A stretch of 64,000 nt of DNA from Callorhinchus milii. Taxonomy: Eukaryota. The notes beneath the pieces are model-generated. The model did no database searches and was not told where the DNA came from. It was given only the letters and a program-made list of their open reading frames with translations. A program made the position numbers and the translations under genes. The DNA is taken from contig NW_024704765.1 in assembly GCF_018977255.1 (NCBI RefSeq), positions 4,588,001-4,652,000 of the forward strand. The letters run 5' to 3'. Each line of letters starts with the position of its first letter. Within the stretch, counting starts at the first letter, position 1. Positions 58,511 through 64,000 of this stretch are shown in pieces.

Positions 58511-58825
58511 AATAATAATAATCCTTGCATTTGATGTAGTGCTTTTCACGTCTTCTCGACTTCTCAAAGCGCTTCACAGAATAGACTGTAAAGTGAATTG
58601 ACTGTATTTGTGGGCAAAATGTGGCAGCCAATTGCACACAGCAGCGTCCCACAAACAGTCATGGATTGAAGTGACCAATTTATTATTGTTTTTGTTTTGG
58701 AGGGATTATTATTAGGCTCTGTGTGGAGTAAGGAAACTTGCCCAAGGTTTCGCCCTCTGCCTGGAATTGAACTCAGGTCTCTCACTTGCAAAGCGAGTGC
58801 TCTAACCACTGAGCTACAGGACCCA
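58511..58825 (-). mobile_element. Full-length young SINE (left arm of an inverted pair)
   Basis: Reverse complement of the family consensus. Confidence 0.9.
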
Positions 58826-58901
58826 CAATGCTGGGTGTGAGATGGCCAATTCATATCAAATCTATACATCAATAGCAACTTGCCTTTTGGGGCAAATCAG
58901 T

Positions 58902-59219
58902 GGAGTCCTGTAGCTCAGTGGTTAGAGCACTCACTTTGCAAGTGAGAGACCTGAGTTCAGTTCCAGGCAGAGGGCGAAACCTTGGGCAAGTTTCCTTACT
59001 CCACACAGAGCCTAATAATAATCCCTCCAAAACCAAAAACAATAATAAATTGGTCATTTTCAATCTACGACTGTTTGTGGGACATTGCTGTGCGCAATTG
59101 GCTGCCGCGTTCGCCCACAAATATACAGTCAATTCACTTTACAGTGTGTTCTGTGAAGCGCTTTGGGACGTCCTCCCGACGTGAAAAGCGCTATATCAAA
59201 TGCAAGGATTATTATTATT
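58902..59219 (+). mobile_element. Full-length young SINE (right arm of an inverted pair)
   Basis: Consensus-like copy with A box TAGCTCAGTGG, TTGCAA anticodon-loop-like sequence, B-box-like GAGTTCAGTTCC and (TTA)n tail. Confidence 0.92.
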
Positions 59220-61012
59220 AAATCACATTGGCAATATTGGCAGTAAGTCATATGTTATGAATTTGACTGGAGAGATTATTATCATACAGTAATAAAAGGC
59301 AGATGAGGGCATGCCCTAAACAGAGAGAGGAATGTTTTGATAATGATCAATGTGCACGTAATCACAGTCCAAATTTAGGGGGTTTTCAACTGAATCAGCT
59401 GCGGGTCTAATTCTATTTTGAAGTGTTCCTTTTTTGTTTCAACCCTCACTGAGAGGTTGTCACTGGGTTGTGGGTTCAAGCCCTATGTTGGGGCTTTAAC
59501 ATCACAGTCTAGTCTGACGCTCCAATGCAGTGTTACGAGACAAAAACGAGCACCAAGAATCCTTCCTCAACCGCCCTGATAAAATTCATCATTCAACAAC
59601 AAAAACAATTTACACAGCACCCCTCACATAGGGTAATGTACCGGAGAGTTTATGGATCTTTGTGGCACATTGCACTGAGCAGATTAGTTGCGTGTAACCT
59701 TGTCCTACAAAATACACAGTCACTAGACTTTACAGCAAAGCCTGTGATGTGCTTTGAGACGACTTCCTGAGCCGCAACATTTCAATGATTTTAAATTGAA
59801 AGATAAAATGGCCAATTCGGGCTCAGGGGAGTGTGACTGCCATTTTCATGTCTGCCGCCCGGCGGCGCTACCGCACCTTATTTCTGATTCAATCTCCACA
59901 CAAAGGGGAGAGGAACATTCAACTCCACCGGTTCTTGGCAGATCTTTTAATAATGTGAATAATACTTGCATTTGGCAAAGAGCCTTGTCATGTTGTTGAG
60001 ACATCTGAAAGCGCTTCGCAGGATATATAATCCCAATGTCTTGCCATTTCACCACACCTCTTAATACTTGTTAGGCTCTGTCTATCTCTCTCTCTCGTTT
60101 AAACATCTGTTGATTCCACCACTCGCGCTCTCCACATCTTCACAACCCTACGTGTGAGGAAAAGCTCTCTGGCCTTAGTTCTAACTGTCCTGGCTCTGAA
60201 TTTAAGTTCAGCCCCTTGCAATGATCAAGGGGAAGAATCATTCATTCTCTAACTTGTCAATTCCTTTCGTCATTTGAAATACCTCAATCAGATCCTCCCT
60301 TATTAACCTCCTGTGCTCTTAAATCTCTCCGGTCTTTCATCATAGCTCAGTCCTTTCAGACCAGCTATTAATCAACTGATTTGATGGCTTATGTGAGGTT
60401 TACTGTAACAATATTACAGTATGATAAGGCGCTATATCAAATGCAAGGATTATTTTTTCTATTATATTGAAGGGAGGACGTGCATTGGGACAGGAGACGA
60501 TCAGATGGGCCAAGGGGAGATTCTATCTGCTCACAGACGACCTCGCTGCAGTGTTTAAGAACTCAGGCTGAAACCCGGGATTGTGTTGGTTTCAGATCGT
60601 GACATTTATTTGAAGCGTTATTTACAAAAAGCTGTATTTACAAGATGTATTTTCATTCGGTGGCCGAGGGCTTTGGGCCATAAATTCAGGGCTAAATCAC
60701 CAGGAAAATGACAAAGAGACAATGTCAATAAATAGAGGCTAACAGGAGTGTTACTGAGGGACACACATCTCGGCGCTGTGGACACTGGCTGGAACATTTG
60801 TGCTTTTAGACTAAACCCAATGAAGATACTTCACACCGACACACCAGAGAGATGAGAATCACAAACATGGGATTGTTTTTTTTACACACACACACACCGA
60901 GGCAGTTTTAAACGAGAATATCGCCATCAAAGTTCAATCAAACTCCGCACTTTCTCTCTCTCTCTCTCTCTCTCCCCTTCTTCCCTTCTCTCCGAAGCTC
61001 TCCGGCGGATGC

Positions 61013-61192
61013 TCACTTTGCCGGTTTGCCGTCGGCTGGTTCCCGCTTGGGTAATGGTAACGACCCCTCGTCCTCGCTACTGGCTGTCATCCGGCTTTTC
61101 CTCAGCTCCAGCAGCTTGTGTCGCTTTTGGTGGCTCTGCCAAAAACACACAAACCACACGGCAAAACAGGGTCACCCACACCCAAACTAATA

Positions 61193-61227
<35 letters not shown>

Positions 61228-63771
61228 CACACACTGGATTTGGGGTGAATCTGCCTAATTCTCCCAGAATCAGAGACGTTTACGGTGCAGGAGGAGGCCA
61301 CTATTTTAGCTCAGTGGTTAGAGCGCTCGCCTCACAAGCGAGAGGACCCAGGTTCGATTCCTGGGCAGGACGAAACCTTAAGGCAAGTTTCCTGACTCCA
61401 CACGGCTCTGTGTACCCAGCAGCAAGTAGGTTGTTAGTTGATTGCTGGATCGCTTTTCCAGGAGTAATAATCCCTTCAAAATAATAATAATTTGGTCGCT
61501 CAATCCACGACTGCTGTGCGCAATTAGCTGCCGCTTTTCCCCCACAAAATACACAGTCAATTCTCTTTGGAGTACATTCGGTGAAGCGCTTTGAGACGTC
61601 TCAAGGACGTGATAAGGCGCGATGTCAAACGCAAGGAGGACTATCACTATTGCCGTCGGGCAGAATATTCCGTATCCCGACAACTCTAATGTCAAAAAAA
61701 AAAAATTCTAAACTCTCCTTTTGCCCTTTTTCTGACTATCCGTCTTCTTTCTGTGTGTGACCGTGGGAGCGGGGAACCAGCAAAGAAGCTGTCGATAAGT
61801 CTTAATATAACGCCCGATCTTGAGACGGCCTTCCCTTACACCTCGCGGATTCCTTTCCCCCGGGTGAGAATGAGACGTGTTGGCACGTGCAGGTTGGAGA
61901 TATCACAAAGCCTCTTTGTTCCCGCTCAGCGCTGCCTCCGCCAGCTTTGGCTCAATTTGCCGCTGTTTGTTTCTCAAAGGGTTTCTTAGTCGAACGCCCC
62001 CCCCTCACGCCTTCCTCTCTCCCCCACATCCCCCTCCCAACATCCAGACTGGGGGGGAAATTCTAGATTTTCCTCGATGGCTCTGCCTTGCTCTTGACGG
62101 TGCCGCATCGTAACGACAACCCTCGCAGCTCAGACGGGGCCTCTCGCCTCGAGGACGCCGCCGCGAAGGGTTGCGCGGGATTTGACCGCCGAGTGTAGCG
62201 ACTGTGAAATCGTTGAAGAGATCTCAGCCGTTAAAAACAAAAGCCTTTTTTTTTAACCAGAAGCAGACATCGCCGAGGCTAAGAGCTTCGAATTGGGAAT
62301 CGGACGAATTGTGGAGGGCCCCGGAAGCTTTCCGGGGGAAATCGGGGCCTGGGTGGAATTCCCACCCCAAATTGTGTGTTCCTCTCTTCCCCCCCCACCC
62401 TTTCCCTCCCCACCACCCTCTCTCGAAGGCAAAAGGCAGAATGGGGAGTGTGTTTGAGGTGAAAGGAAGGTGATGCTTCAGGTTACATTGCAGCCACGCT
62501 CCCCCCCCAGCCACATTCCTGCAGGATGATAAAACTGCCTGGAATAAGAGACGGGCAGATGGACGGACGGACGGACGGAGGTGATGGATGTGATTGATGA
62601 GAACGACAGCTGCTCCTGCTCTCCCAGCGAAAGCACTAACTCACTCCGCAGCTCACAGCCTGAGCAGCTATTCTTAGCAGCTGACGAACGCAGGCAGCCA
62701 CAGGGGGATTAAAATGATCTCGATATAATCCCCACCCCCACTCCTCTCCCCCCCCCCCTTAAGACACATTCCCCTCTTCTCTGTGACCCACAAACTGAGT
62801 TCACTGTCAGCTACCCCCCCCCCCCCCCACTCACTCTCCCCCTCCGTGGATTAATCCATTCTAAGAGGGAATTAGATCGGGTTGTCCAGGGCGAAACCTT
62901 ATCGAAGTGGATGGCATTCCCACAACAAGGTTCACAAATGTACCAAATATTACAGCCTCTAATACGGATTTCCAGAGCTGGGATTGGCCGAGGATTGAGT
63001 GAAATTCAATGGGAAACTGTTCCCGAGAGCGATTCCCTATCTGGCCTGCCTGTGGGACGTTCAGAACATACCAAACACTGGAGGAGAGAAGACTAAGGTC
63101 CATCCTACTTGCCTTTCACCATCTTGGCAATCACATGACATGTCATGTCCCAAACTAGATGTAGGTTGTCCAAGAAGTCGTGATAGCATTACAATGTCTG
63201 ATAAATCTAAAAAATATATATTTTGGGTTTTTTTTAGGTAATAGGGTAGTTACCAAGACGTTTTCGTCACTATATAAACAATCCCACAACTTTACTGTAA
63301 CATATACAGTATCAATATATATATTTTGGTAATATAATATCTGTATCCCGAGATACTATTTCCTACAAGAAATATTACAGTCTCTAATACGGGGGACAGG
63401 AGGTGGGTGGGGCAGTGGGGTTATGGGGTGGAGGGGTTAGGGGACGGGGCAGAAGCAGAGGTGGGGAGGGATTGTGATTGCGAGGCTCTCACCTGACTGT
63501 GTTTGTGCTGCTCTGGTTTTTCCAGCTTGATTTTGACCTCCGGCCTGGGTGAGTCTCCAGCTCTGGTCACGTCAGTCTGGAATGTCCGAGGCCCCCCTGC
63601 TTGTGGTGAGGGGTGGGGTGGGGAGAGCGAGGGTCAGAACACAAACAACCTCACAAATCCACAGTCACTACCTCTTGGTTTGGTTCTGCGCTGGGGAAGG
63701 GCAGTAGGGGTGGGTGGTGGAGGAACGTAATTGGGGTCTCCTTGAGGCTGTGCTGACTCTGACGTAACGTG
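61013..63771 (-). CDS. 3' exons of an unidentified protein-coding gene (5'-partial); candidate exons (minus) 63771-63672, 63596(or 63599)-63493, 61135-61013
   Basis: Phase-compatible GT-AG exons give HVTSESAQPQGDPNYVPPPPTPTALPQRRTKPR/GGPRTFQTDVTRAGDSPRPEVKIKLEKPEQHKHSQ/SHQKRHKLLELRKSRMTASSEDEGSLPLPKREPADGKPAK*. Minus-strand AATAAA at 60605-60610. The protein is not recognised and the boundary of the first listed exon is uncertain. Confidence 0.55.
61305..61640 (+). mobile_element. SINE (older subfamily) in the last intron of the unidentified gene
   Basis: TAGCTCAGTGGTTAGAGCG head, GGTTCGATTCC B box, Deu-like core and tail. Confidence 0.8.
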
Positions 63772-64000
63772 CTTTACAACGGAATGAAGCCAGCCCTCTG
63801 TGCCGGTCTCCAGTCTGGTTCCCGAGCCAGGCAGGTCCACAGTATTCCAGGGCACTGCACAGCCCGGCCTGGCTCATTGGCAGAACCTGGAAGGACAGAC
63901 CAGGCACTGTGGGCAGGGAGTCCTCCCACTCAGCTCCTCTTAACCCTGCAAGCTACAGCCCTGATGAGTGGGGTGGTCCTCGCTGGACAAGCAGCGGGAA

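Noticed and set aside
58902-58975. tRNA-Ala(TGC)-like sequences here and at 2662, 5350-5421, 15471, 19872, 26330-26401 and others
   Set aside because: These are SINE heads: the acceptor stem does not pair, and most continue directly into the SINE body.
61077-61301. ORF ending EPPKATQAAGAEEKPDDSQ* as the last exon frame of the right-hand gene
   Set aside because: The upstream exon is open only in the frame ending in phase 0, which selects the SHQKRHKLLELRK frame instead. Not fully excluded.
63961-64000. CTGATGAG followed by a hairpin as a hammerhead ribozyme
   Set aside because: No GAAA core follows the putative stem II.

Overview
This is eukaryotic (vertebrate) genomic DNA, so most of the supplied ORF track is spurious; genes were rebuilt by hand from GT-AG splice sites and protein motifs. 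The repeat content (abundant tRNA-headed Deu-type SINEs with L2-like tails, plus L2, CR1 and Penelope-like fragments) points to a cartilaginous fish, probably a chimaera such as Callorhinchus (inference). Gene order: (1) a head-to-head pair of trypsin-family (S1A) serine protease genes, one on the - strand running off the left edge and one complete on the + strand; (2) TAF10 (-, 5 exons), head-to-head with (3) PPIH (+, 9 coding exons) across a ~1.3 kb higher-order minisatellite; (4) a single-coding-exon GPR160-like orphan GPCR nested antisense in PPIH intron 1; (5) YBX1 (+, 10 exons); (6) the 3' exons of an unidentified - strand gene at the right edge. Most notable: the nested GPR160 paralog, the granzyme-type intron phases of the two basic trypsin-family proteases, YBX3-like introns and an in-frame alternative acceptor in YBX1, a long-range stem in the YBX1 3'UTR, a perfect 21-bp hairpin downstream of the GPCR, and head-to-head SINE pairs.
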